Origin: a virus
Lineage: Duplodnaviria; Caudoviricetes
IMG/VR virus record: IMGVR_UViG_3300022930_000015
Span: 1-40,467 of that record
Strand: one strand, 5' to 3'
Length of the DNA stretch: 40,467 nt
Below are positions 1-7,980 of this stretch, one piece after another (the first letter of the stretch is position 1; each line of letters begins with the position of its first letter). The translations under genes were made by a program, and so were the position numbers. Below the pieces are notes generated by a model. The model had not been told where the DNA came from, did no database searches, and saw only the letters and a program-made list of their open reading frames with translations.

Positions 1-136
1 AAAAGGTAAAATGATAATTAAGAGTTCTTGCTTTTATATCTCCATCAGATAAATCATCGAACAAAATTAAATTTTTGTCCTGCTCAAGATTAAATAATAT
101 TGATGCATCACTCCTTAATGTTTCTTTTAATGCTTT
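1..136 (+). repeat. Terminal direct repeat / circular overlap, left copy
   Basis: Identical to 40334-40467 except for two extra T (tttcttttaatgc here, tttcttaatgc at the right end). Confidence 0.97.
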
Positions 137-409
137 TGATACAAATTGTTTAGCCTCTTTTAAAGAGAAGCAAATTGCCTGACAACCCGCCTTAGGCATT
201 GGTAAAAAACTTAATCTAATTTTAAATAAATCTTTGTATTGATGTATTTTGCACCATTCATCATTTACGCCATTGCGAAAAATATTTTTATAATTCTCTA
301 TTTTTTTAATCCATTCATTATCCCAATCGCAAAATAGACTAGGATTGTTTTTCTTCCAAATGAACTTAGAAATTAAGAATTTCCTTTTTTGTTTTAATAT
401 ATCTTTCAT
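1..409 (-). CDS. 5' part of an origin-spanning hypothetical protein (198 aa; continues at 40333-40146)
   Basis: ATG at 409 opens MKDILKQKRKFLISKFIWKKNNP..., with no stop down to base 1, and is in frame with the listed ORF 40146..40397 through the terminal repeat. Confidence 0.85.
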   Translation of the reverse strand, partial: MKDILKQKRKFLISKFIWKKNNPSLFCDWDNEWIKKIENYKNIFRNGVNDEWCKIHQYKDLFKIRLSFLPMPKAGCQAICFSLKEAKQFVSKALKETLRSDASILFNLEQDKNLILFDDLSDGDIKARTLNYHFTF

Positions 410-434
410 ATCATTTATATCATTTCCTTATATT

Positions 435-455
435 AAAAAAGCCCCAAAACGGGGC
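435..455 (-). terminator. Intrinsic terminator after the recombination operon
   Basis: Minus strand reads GCCCC-gtttt-GGGGC-TTTTTT just after the stop of 466..957. Confidence 0.8.
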
Positions 456-465
456 GGGGGTTAGT

Positions 466-957
466 TTATTTATATGTAATTCTTTGCTTTCGTTCGCCAA
501 ACTTAGCCCATTCTAGCACTTCGCCAGCTTCCAAAGCGTCTTTAATTTCTGTTTTATTAAAATCTTTAGTAATTTTAACAAATTCTTGAGGTATTGTTTC
601 AATATCTACATCATTAATAATTACAGGAATAGCACCGCCATTATTTATAATTTTAAGCTTAGCAAAAAATTTGCTTTTGATTTCTGTAATATGATTAAGT
701 TGCATTATTTCTAATGCGTAGGTTTCTAAACTATCGTTTTTAGCTTGGGCTTGCTTTAATGCTTCCTGTTGTTCTTTAATAGCATTTTTAATGCTTTCTA
801 AATGCTTGTTTTGTTCGTAAACATAAGCGCAAATATTATCTATTTTATCAGTTAAAATTAACTCTAAAGAATTTATTTGTTCTAGCTTTTGTTCAATTGT
901 TAATTCATCATTATTTGCAATTTCAGCTATTGCAGGAGCGATTTTATATAGTTGCAT
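466..957 (-). CDS. Siphovirus Gp157-family protein
   Basis: MQLYKIA start, coiled-coil middle with K.DNI..Y, and C-terminal IPQEF...NKTEIKDALEAGE..GE pattern; lies next to recombination genes. Confidence 0.8.
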   Translation of the reverse strand: MQLYKIAPAIAEIANNDELTIEQKLEQINSLELILTDKIDNICAYVYEQNKHLESIKNAIKEQQEALKQAQAKNDSLETYALEIMQLNHITEIKSKFFAKLKIINNGGAIPVIINDVDIETIPQEFVKITKDFNKTEIKDALEAGEVLEWAKFGERKQRITYK

Positions 958-1002
958 TATTTTATCCTAGATAAGCCATAATTAAATGGCTGTGTTGATT
1001 AT

Positions 1003-1605
1003 TTAAAATGGAAAATCGTCATCATCAAAAGCAGGCATTCCAGCAGTAGAATTTTGTAATTCTTTTTGTGATACTTGGCTATAAGTATTAGTTCTGCTGT
1101 GTCCATTTATTTTTTTATGTGTTAATTTTTCTACAAAACTATCATATAAATTGGCTTCTTTATTGTCTTTTATTTCACTGCTTAACCGTTTTGTTTTAGG
1201 GCAAAATGCTTCAAAAAATTCATATTTAGTATATGTTTTTTGTGTATCCTCTCTATCTGCTTCATCTTTCAAATTAAGCATTAAACCTAATAATTTGTTA
1301 TGTAGCCCAGCTAAAATTTCTTTGCCGTCTTTACCTTTCCCCGTGTGTAAATCTCCAGTAATTCCAGCACAATAAGCTATTTTATCTAAATTGCGTTTTT
1401 GAAATGTTTCTTTGCCGTCTTTACCAATTACGAACATTTGAAATTTAACTTCTTCTTTTGTTTCTTGATTAGTGGCAGTAAAGTTAAGCACTACTGAACC
1501 ACTATCAAACTTTTTGACTTCTGCCTCATTAATAATGAAAACTCCAGCTTGTGGCAATTTTTCAATTGAATTATTTAAATTCTTTTCATTTACATTAAAT
1601 ATCAT
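1003..1605 (-). CDS. Putative single-stranded DNA-binding protein (DUF669-like)
   Basis: Acidic SSB-type tail FDDDDFPF; directly downstream of the AAA_24/Sak4-like gene. Confidence 0.65.
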   Translation of the reverse strand: MIFNVNEKNLNNSIEKLPQAGVFIINEAEVKKFDSGSVVLNFTATNQETKEEVKFQMFVIGKDGKETFQKRNLDKIAYCAGITGDLHTGKGKDGKEILAGLHNKLLGLMLNLKDEADREDTQKTYTKYEFFEAFCPKTKRLSSEIKDNKEANLYDSFVEKLTHKKINGHSRTNTYSQVSQKELQNSTAGMPAFDDDDFPF

Positions 1606-1619
1606 TTTTCTATCCTTAG

Positions 1620-2294
1620 TTAAGCCGTTATTGGCTGGGTTTGCTGAATATCGTAATACTCACAGATTGCTTTATCTACCGCTAATAGGTCATTTTCTAT
1701 TTTAGCTTCTTGGAACATATCTATAGGACTTTTTACAGTATCATAATTATTATTTTTAGTAGAGAAATAATAATTATTATTTTCTATACTCGTTCTTAAG
1801 ACTATTGTTACCATTCCCTCTAAAACAATTTTTTCATCTAGTAATTTACCTAGAGTTTTTATTTTAACTTTGCCAAAATCATCAGTTTGAGTATGAGATA
1901 AAATATATATCCTTTTATTATCTGCTTGAGAACATGAATTTAATATATCCCATGCACTTTTTGCAATTTCATTATATTTTTGAAATGATTGATTACCACT
2001 TTCTTTATCTAATACTCTCCGCATAAATTCATTAGCTAAAATATACTGAAAATCATCTATAATAATTATTTCTTTATTAGTTCTCTGAATTGCTGTAGTA
2101 ATTGAACTAGATTTATCAGTTACTAGAATAGTCCCCTCGGGGTTTTCTTTATTACACAAAGACCAGCCCTTTGCTTTAAAGGGTAGTGGCTTTTTTAAAG
2201 CTTGAATTAGTAAAGTATTACTAGGATTTAAATTCCTTAAGCTGGTACTTTTGCCAGTACCACTATCGCCTAAAATCATTGTTGCTATTCCCAT
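1620..2294 (-). CDS. P-loop ATPase, AAA_24 / Sak4-like recombination protein
   Basis: Walker A GDSGTGKS, Walker B IIIDDFQY, KTLGKLLDEK and TVKSP..MF motifs typical of this phage family. Confidence 0.85.
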   Translation of the reverse strand: MGIATMILGDSGTGKSTSLRNLNPSNTLLIQALKKPLPFKAKGWSLCNKENPEGTILVTDKSSSITTAIQRTNKEIIIIDDFQYILANEFMRRVLDKESGNQSFQKYNEIAKSAWDILNSCSQADNKRIYILSHTQTDDFGKVKIKTLGKLLDEKIVLEGMVTIVLRTSIENNNYYFSTKNNNYDTVKSPIDMFQEAKIENDLLAVDKAICEYYDIQQTQPITA

Positions 2295-2595
2295 GTTTTT
2301 ACTCCTTTGCTATTGCAATAAAAATTTACAATAGCTATAATTGTGTTGATTTCTTATATAGTTACATTACATATGTAATTTTGGTAAAAAGAAACAAGAG
2401 CATCTAATTCATGCTCTTTTTCTTGTTCATAATGCCAATGTTCGGCCTCTGTAGGGTCATACTCCATAATATAAAGGCTCCCTGCCTTAAAATTAAATTA
2501 AGGCTATAATTTTGTTTCTCGGAATTAAAAAGCTAGTAAGCCTTGTTTGTCTCTTTACTAGCTTCCTTGATTAGGCTATTTTGCGATAGCCTTTT

Positions 2596-2847
2596 TTATT
2601 TTTGATTTAATGCATGTAGCTTATCTTGTGCCGTCTCTCTAACGTTAATATCATCATCAATCAGCGAGCTAGTAATAATTCCCCTTGTTACATTTTTGTG
2701 ATTAAGCACTTCTAATCTAACTAGATTATCAGGATTGTGACTTAGCTCGTGAAGTTCTTTAGCAGTTAAATTCTCATCCTTTAAGATATCTAAATACATT
2801 TGACGGTTAAAAATATAGAGATTGTGTTTATTTAGGATTAATCTCAT
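2596..2847 (-). CDS. Hypothetical protein with HEAT/LRV-like repeat
   Basis: L.ELSHNPDNLVRLEVLNHKN...DDDINVRETA repeat; GGAGG RBS upstream. Confidence 0.6.
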   Translation of the reverse strand: MRLILNKHNLYIFNRQMYLDILKDENLTAKELHELSHNPDNLVRLEVLNHKNVTRGIITSSLIDDDINVRETAQDKLHALNQK

Positions 2848-3135
2848 TGTTTACCCTCCATTTGTTTAGCAGTTTCTTGCACCTTGTCGTTTTGCTTAGT
2901 AATAAGCTTTATAAATTCATATTTGTTCATAGCTTACCCTTTCAAATTTACCTACAGAATTCCATAGTGTCGTATGGCATTTAAAGTATATATACTGCGG
3001 GTTTCTAGTTCTGCCTGTAGCTTGGCATTTACTCCTAAATTGGTTATATTTCATATTGTTATCTCCTTTATTATTTTATATACAATTTCAAAACAAAAGC
3101 AAAACAATTTAGTTCATTTTGCTTAAATGGTACGG

Positions 3136-3315
3136 TTATTTATTTTGTTCTTTTTCTAAGTCCTCTAAATTAGTTATTGCAACAATAAATGCCAATCTAA
3201 ACCCCTCAATTAATCCGCCTTGAAAATCATATGTTTTATCATGCCCAGCACTTACTTTTTTAAGTAAGTTTTGCAAGTGAATTTCAAATTTCTTTATGTC
3301 TACTGTAACAGTCAT
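3136..3315 (-). CDS. Hypothetical protein (start reassigned to ATG at 3315)
   Basis: GGGGGA RBS immediately before the in-frame ATG (MTVTVDIKK). Confidence 0.6.
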   Translation of the reverse strand: MTVTVDIKKFEIHLQNLLKKVSAGHDKTYDFQGGLIEGFRLAFIVAITNLEDLEKEQNK

Positions 3316-3385
3316 ATTCCCCCACTCAAAAACAAACACACACCATTGCGTGCTTGTGCTTGAATGCTGGCGAACCAGCTTGCGA

Positions 3386-3694
3386 TTATTGTTGGTTTGT
3401 ATAAAGTACTTTTAATTGAATAGTATTGTCGTAATTTCTTGAAAATACTATATCCAATGAAACTTTAAAGCCAATTTGTAACAATCCATTTTCAAGATTT
3501 ATTTCAATAATTTTACGTTTTAAAGAACTTTCATATAAAATATTTAAACCTATAGCATGTCCAAAAGAATTGCTCTTAATACTAAAAAATTCTAATTTAG
3601 CAATTTCAGTATTTTTAATATTAACTCCATCAACTTTTAAAGTTGATAAATCTTTATTTATTTTATTTAAAATATTTAATATTTCTACTTGCAT
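3386..3694 (-). CDS. Hypothetical protein, first gene of the leftward early operon
   Basis: 102-aa ORF with an AAGGA RBS. Confidence 0.65.
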   Translation of the reverse strand: MQVEILNILNKINKDLSTLKVDGVNIKNTEIAKLEFFSIKSNSFGHAIGLNILYESSLKRKIIEINLENGLLQIGFKVSLDIVFSRNYDNTIQLKVLYTNQQ

Positions 3695-3950
3695 GATATT
3701 TTCCTTTATTTAAAAACCTGTAAACTACAATTAATTTACATGTGCTTAAATAAGGGTGAGATGCCTTAAAATACGGCTACTATCATTTGTTTAGTAATTT
3801 TATACATAGTAGGTACAATACTAACAAACAGTCGTCAGCATCTCATTGTAATTAAAAAATCTAACTAAAAGGATTATTTTATGGTAACTTTTAGCTAGCA
3901 AAAACTTTATGTTTTTTGATAAATTGTTAAAGAACGTTTTTTATATTTGT

Positions 3951-3979
3951 AGTGTACACTGTACATATTATTATGTCAA
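3951..3979 (-). promoter_or_regulatory. Leftward sigma70-type promoter
   Basis: TTGACA-17 nt-TACACT on the minus strand. Confidence 0.75.
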
Positions 3980-3986
3980 TACCTTA

Positions 3987-4015
3987 TTGCAAATATATTT
4001 AATATGTAGTATTAT
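3987..4015 (+). promoter_or_regulatory. Rightward sigma70-type promoter for the HTH gene
   Basis: TTGCAA-17 nt-TATTAT, back to back with the leftward promoter. Confidence 0.65.
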
Positions 4016-4042
4016 TGCAATAAATAAATAAAAGCACTGTAC

Positions 4043-4270
4043 ATGAAAAAGTTATATATTAATGATGATTTATTAATTCAGGTATTAGACCTAATAAAAA
4101 GCGATAACAAAGCTAGTAAATCTACATTAGCTAGTATTTTAAAAGTATCTAGGGCAACGATTGATAGGGCTATAACCAAATTAAAATTACTAGGCTATAT
4201 TAAAACTAAAAAAAGAATTGGGATCGTGGAGCAGTATCAGGTAATTAATCAGATTTTGAAAAAGGATTAA
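4043..4270 (+). CDS. Winged helix-turn-helix DNA-binding protein (Cro/repressor position)
   Basis: SKSTLASILKVSRATIDRAITKLKLLGYI is a typical wHTH; it is the first gene after the divergent promoters. Confidence 0.8.
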   Translation: MKKLYINDDLLIQVLDLIKSDNKASKSTLASILKVSRATIDRAITKLKLLGYIKTKKRIGIVEQYQVINQILKKD

Positions 4271-4271
4271 T

Positions 4272-4496
4272 ATGTTTACTCTAGGGATACATTTAGGTAT
4301 ATTAATTGGCGTTCTTATTTGTTATATAGTCGTTCTAGATATAGAGTTATATGATCATACTGATGATGAAAAACAGCTTAAAATTTTAAAATCTAATATT
4401 GAAATGCAAAGAGAAATGTTTTATCAGCAACAAAAACAAGATGAGCCAAAGCCTGAGGCATGTCTTAATAGTTTAGATAAAATTAGAAAGGATTAA
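4272..4496 (+). CDS. Small membrane protein (one TM helix)
   Basis: Hydrophobic N-terminus; AAGGA RBS coupled to the upstream stop. Confidence 0.65.
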   Translation: MFTLGIHLGILIGVLICYIVVLDIELYDHTDDEKQLKILKSNIEMQREMFYQQQKQDEPKPEACLNSLDKIRKD

Positions 4497-4497
4497 T

Positions 4498-4689
4498 ATG
4501 TTACTAATATTTGGCGTGAATTTACTGATAGCACTGGTTGCGATTGGAAGCCTATTAGGCGTTGCATTATTAGCTGGCTGGGTATTTTCTAAGTTTGATA
4601 ATGGGCTTTTAGGCTTAATATCAGTTTTTGGAATATTTGCTATTTTTTTAGCTGGTTTTGTAACAATTTGTCAATATTTGGATAAATAA
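4498..4689 (+). CDS. Small membrane protein (two TM helices)
   Basis: Two long hydrophobic stretches; AAGGA RBS. Confidence 0.7.
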   Translation: MLLIFGVNLLIALVAIGSLLGVALLAGWVFSKFDNGLLGLISVFGIFAIFLAGFVTICQYLDK

Positions 4690-4694
4690 AGAAT

Positions 4695-4711
4695 AACCCA
4701 CTGAGTGGGTT
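4695..4711. terminator. Hairpin between convergent operons (probable bidirectional terminator)
   Basis: AACCCAC-tga-GTGGGTT with A/T-rich flanks. Confidence 0.65.
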
Positions 4712-4718
4712 TGCTGGT

Positions 4719-4883
4719 TTATTCCTTAGTACAAATAACTTGGTTATTGTCCACATCAATGCTTTTTATTTTGTAATTTACGCCATTCATTCGAATATTA
4801 GTAGCTGGCTCTCTGTATGGGTCATCATACAGCAAACTTTTAATATCTTTCTCTGATAGCTTAATGGTAAATTCATCACTCAT
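4719..4883 (-). CDS. Hypothetical protein, 54 aa (not in ORF track)
   Basis: MSDEFTIKLSEKDIKSLLYDDPYRE...; AAGGAGG RBS. Confidence 0.65.
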   Translation of the reverse strand: MSDEFTIKLSEKDIKSLLYDDPYREPATNIRMNGVNYKIKSIDVDNNQVICTKE

Positions 4884-5053
4884 CTTTACCCTCCTTTAAA
4901 TGGTTATCTTGATACAATGGAATATCAAAAAATATAACTGATAGCCATAATATAATCATTTCCTACCCTTTTTCTTTGTTAAAAAGCCATAAACTAACCC
5001 AGCAACTGAAATTGCGATTAGAATATAGCCTAGTTGGTTTAGTAAGTTAAGCA

Positions 5054-5260
5054 TTAATTTTGCTTGCTGTTTGTTGTTGTCCAATACTCTTTGCCATCAC
5101 AAATATATTTATATTTAGTCTCAAAGAGTTTTCTAATTAGATTGTATTCGGTTTTACTTTCATTGGTCTGCACACATTTTGCCTTATACAAATTTTCGTA
5201 TTCACTTTCATTTGAACACCCAGCCAATAAAATAAACATTACAAATAATATTTTTTTCAT
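5054..5260 (-). CDS. Predicted lipoprotein
   Basis: MKKILFVMFILLAG-C lipobox signal peptide. Confidence 0.75.
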   Translation of the reverse strand: MKKILFVMFILLAGCSNESEYENLYKAKCVQTNESKTEYNLIRKLFETKYKYICDGKEYWTTTNSKQN

Positions 5261-5273
5261 TAATACCCCGCCT

Positions 5274-5444
5274 TTATAATCTACAAATTTCTTTAATTTC
5301 TTTTAAAGAATATTCTTTGTTATTTTTAATGCATTCATTGTCAATTTGTTTACTGCCTAAAACATAGCCAGTAATGATTATACCTATTGCGATAATAAAC
5401 ATTGCTATCATATCCATAGTATCGCCCATAAATGTATTTCTCAT
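5274..5444 (-). CDS. Small membrane protein, 56 aa (not in ORF track)
   Basis: MRNTFMGDTMDMIAMFIIAIGIIITGYVLG...; fills the gap between two same-strand genes. Confidence 0.55.
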   Translation of the reverse strand: MRNTFMGDTMDMIAMFIIAIGIIITGYVLGSKQIDNECIKNNKEYSLKEIKEICRL

Positions 5445-5447
5445 TAT

Positions 5448-6062
5448 TTAATACCCCGCCTTTATTACGTTTTTCAAATTATTTTCTGCTACAATCGAGC
5501 CTATGCCGTCATGTTCCTGTTTAGGTTTCTTTAAAGCAGGCGGTGCTTTCTTTGCCTGCCAGCTAAAAGGATTATTAGGCGTTTTAACATGCTTTTTAGG
5601 CTCATGGTAAGCATTTTGTACTAATTGTAATGGATTGGCTTTCCTACCGCAATTTTTATCATCAGCGTTATATTTGCAGTAGTAAGCTAAGTTCTCTTGA
5701 TTAAGGTAGTTTTGTTGTTGGCTATAGCTGTTATTGTAATTTACTCTTAGATGTTCAACATCACGCATTGCGTACATATCAGCCTTGCCGTCTGTGAAGC
5801 TATTTTCTGCCGATTTATAGTAAGTTTTGAGTTTTGACCTAACTTCTTTTAAAATTGCTTGAGACTCATTAGGCTTTAATATCTGCCCATTGTCTACCTT
5901 ATTATCAACGGTATTGACACGCTTATCAAAAGTAGCAGTTGCTATCACACAGAATATTGCTATACCGCTAAAGCCTGCTATGACTGCCGTGTTTAGTATT
6001 GTGGTTGCTTTGCTTGGTTGCTTAACGTAAGTATCTACGCTTGAATGAATTTGTTTTGACAT
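5448..6062 (-). CDS. Membrane-anchored hypothetical protein (start reassigned to ATG at 6062, 204 aa)
   Basis: AAGGT RBS before MSKQIHSS; one TM segment (AVIAGFSGIAIFCVIATA). The upstream in-frame stretch is better explained as a structured RNA leader. Confidence 0.7.
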   Translation of the reverse strand: MSKQIHSSVDTYVKQPSKATTILNTAVIAGFSGIAIFCVIATATFDKRVNTVDNKVDNGQILKPNESQAILKEVRSKLKTYYKSAENSFTDGKADMYAMRDVEHLRVNYNNSYSQQQNYLNQENLAYYCKYNADDKNCGRKANPLQLVQNAYHEPKKHVKTPNNPFSWQAKKAPPALKKPKQEHDGIGSIVAENNLKNVIKAGY

Positions 6063-6093
6063 TTTACTTTTACCTTTCCAGTGGTTTTTAATT

Positions 6094-6161
6094 AAAAAAA
6101 GTGACGCTGGAAACAATGAAGTAAAACATTGTGAATAATTAAATATTCCGTCACTTTCTTT
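6094..6161 (-). ncRNA. C4-like antisense RNA
   Basis: Closing stem AAAGTGACG/CGTCACTTT, hairpin GAATA/TATTC, hairpin ACAATG/CATTGT with loop TTTTACTT, then single-stranded TTCCAG. Complementary target pairs lie both upstream and at the downstream RBS. Confidence 0.75.
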
Positions 6162-6222
6162 TATAAGTATATCACGAAATATTAACAATCTCTACTTTTT
6201 AACGCTTCCAGACGTTTTAAAT

Positions 6223-6251
6223 ATATTAGCAAAAAGCTTAAAACATTGCAA
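6223..6251 (-). promoter_or_regulatory. Sigma70-type promoter for the C4-like RNA operon
   Basis: TTGCAA-17 nt-TAATAT with TGn extended -10. Confidence 0.7.
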
Positions 6252-6272
6252 GCGTTTGTTTTTCAAATACAA

Positions 6273-6488
6273 CTAATTAGACTTCTCGCCTGTCAATTTA
6301 TCAATCTGTTGTTCAGCGGTTGCAATATGCCTTTCCATTTCAGCAATGGTCTTTTTTTGTTCCTCGTTAGGATTATTATTGCTTTTGGCATTAATCCTAT
6401 CGATTACAAATTTACATGATTGAATTACATTGTGAGATTTTACAATCGTGTCGATTACAAAATCGTTTAAATCGTTGTTATCAGTCAT
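6273..6488 (-). CDS. Hypothetical coiled-coil protein
   Basis: 71-aa ORF with an AAGGA RBS. Confidence 0.6.
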   Translation of the reverse strand: MTDNNDLNDFVIDTIVKSHNVIQSCKFVIDRINAKSNNNPNEEQKKTIAEMERHIATAEQQIDKLTGEKSN

Positions 6489-6552
6489 TTTTATATTTCC
6501 TTTGGTTTAGTGAGAAAAAATACACCACAATTGTGGTGCGAGTTAGATTTAA

Positions 6553-7389
6553 CTACTCTTGTTGATCTTTAATATTTTCAAATAATCCACATTTATGTAA
6601 ATTATCTTGGATAATACATACGCCCAAATAAGAAGTTCGGGCTTTTAAAGATATTAATTCTGCCTTTCTTTCTGTATATTCAGGATTAAAATACGATTCT
6701 CTATATAATCCAATTACATTATCTGATAAATTGATTATGCATGAATAATTAATATCAGATAAGATTGGTCTTTTATAACCTCTTTTCTGCACTTCAGAAT
6801 TAGTAGTTGCAGTTATTATTACAGGGCATTTTAAGATTTTAGCTAAATATTTTATTTCGCAATAAAATTTAGCGATTTGTTCTTCTCGACTTAAATTATC
6901 ATTTTTAAAATCAATATAATCACTACTATCAATAAAAATACAATCTATTTTATTGATATTTTTAATTTTTTCCTCTATATCATTAGAATTAATTTTTATA
7001 TCATCAATAATATAAAAAATTTTCTCAGAAATCGTGTTTATTGACTTTGATATATCTACCCATTCTGGATGGTCAATATTCCCAGTAGATAATCTCATGT
7101 GATTTATTCCAGATGCATTAGATATAATTCTATTAATCAAGGAGCTAGCATTAATTTCCCCTGATACATATACTATTGACAAATTTTGATAAAAAGACAT
7201 GTTTGTAGCTATATTTATAGCTAAAGCTGTTTTTCCAATGCCAGTTTCGCCAATTATTGTAGTTATCTCACCCTCTTTAAATCCTCCATTAATTATATCT
7301 AAATGAGTAAAACCGCTTGAGATTTTTGGAATAGTATTATCATTATCAATTTTATTAATAAAATTAATTATATTTTCTTTGGAATCCAT
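6553..7389 (-). CDS. DnaB-like helicase, C-terminal ATPase domain only
   Basis: ISSGFTHLD..NGGF, Walker A GETGIGKT, VSGE, LAKILKCPVI, RPILSD, D.VIGLYR and KAR motifs; only 278 aa, with no N-terminal DnaB domain. Confidence 0.85.
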   Translation of the reverse strand: MDSKENIINFINKIDNDNTIPKISSGFTHLDIINGGFKEGEITTIIGETGIGKTALAINIATNMSFYQNLSIVYVSGEINASSLINRIISNASGINHMRLSTGNIDHPEWVDISKSINTISEKIFYIIDDIKINSNDIEEKIKNINKIDCIFIDSSDYIDFKNDNLSREEQIAKFYCEIKYLAKILKCPVIITATTNSEVQKRGYKRPILSDINYSCIINLSDNVIGLYRESYFNPEYTERKAELISLKARTSYLGVCIIQDNLHKCGLFENIKDQQE

Positions 7390-7529
7390 ATTATCCTTTA
7401 ATAATAAGGGTGTGGGGGTTGTATTAACCCTAAAGGAGGTTACCCCACATTGATTTTTTAATTCACATACAACTATGAATAAGACTATTTTATAGATAAG
7501 TTTATATGTTGGCTATTGGTATTTATGCC

Positions 7530-7637
7530 TAGTTTTTTTAGGTATGCAAAGTAGTTTTTTTAGGTATGCAAAGTAGTTTTTTTAGGTATGCAAAGTAGTT
7601 TTTTTAGGTATGCAAAGTAGTTTTTTTAGGTATGCAA
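7530..7637 (+). repeat. Iteron array: TAGTTTTTTTAGGTATGCAAAG, four full copies plus one 20-bp copy
   Basis: Perfect head-to-tail 22-bp repeats without spacers, upstream of a Rep_3-like gene. Confidence 0.92.
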
Positions 7638-7680
7638 GAGTGCAAAAAACCTAGTAAAATCAAGGCTTGCCAGCCTAGAC

Positions 7681-7716
7681 AATATAGAGAATATAGAGAA
7701 TATATATAATATAGAC
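7681..7716 (+). repeat. AT-rich 9-mer repeats (probable origin unwinding region)
   Basis: AATATAGAG, AATATAGAG, AATATATAT, AATATAGAC in tandem next to the iterons. Confidence 0.7.
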
Positions 7717-7830
7717 AAACAAACAAGTTAAACAAAATCTCGATTAATTGAACATACAGGCGACCAATAAACATGTTTTTGTTTGTTTGTTTTTAGGTAA
7801 AAAGAATTTAAGAAGATGATTAAAAGGCAC

Positions 7831-7859
7831 TTGATTTTTAATTAATCATTAGTTACAAT
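7831..7859 (+). promoter_or_regulatory. Promoter of the rep operon
   Basis: TTGATT-17 nt-TACAAT. Confidence 0.7.
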
Positions 7860-7892
7860 TAGACATGCATTAAGCAATGTTTGTTTCTAGTT

Positions 7893-7975
7893 AAAGAAAA
7901 AGCCCATTTTAGAGATGGGCTTACAAGGAACAAGCAAGCTGTGCAACAAAGCCTTTAACCAATCCTGCACAGCAA
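7893..7975 (-). ncRNA. Putative counter-transcribed antisense RNA (about 80 nt) in the rep leader
   Basis: Minus-strand promoter at 8009-7981, hairpin GCTGTGCA/TGCACAGC, and terminator AAGCCCAT/ATGGGCTT followed by a T-run. Confidence 0.65.
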
Positions 7976-7980
7976 GGAAA

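Noticed and set aside
6063-6188. 42-aa N-terminal extension of ORF 5448..6188
   Set aside because: It has a non-ATG start without an RBS and coincides with the C4-like RNA; ATG 6062 has an RBS.
7530-7637. Possible CRISPR array
   Set aside because: The repeats are contiguous with no spacers and there are no cas genes; iterons fit better.
7928-7934. GAACAAG in the rep leader matching the Rha-leader loop (possible cross-talk)
   Set aside because: A 7-mer match is expected by chance in 40 kb; it also occurs near 2422-2428 on the minus strand and inside coding regions.
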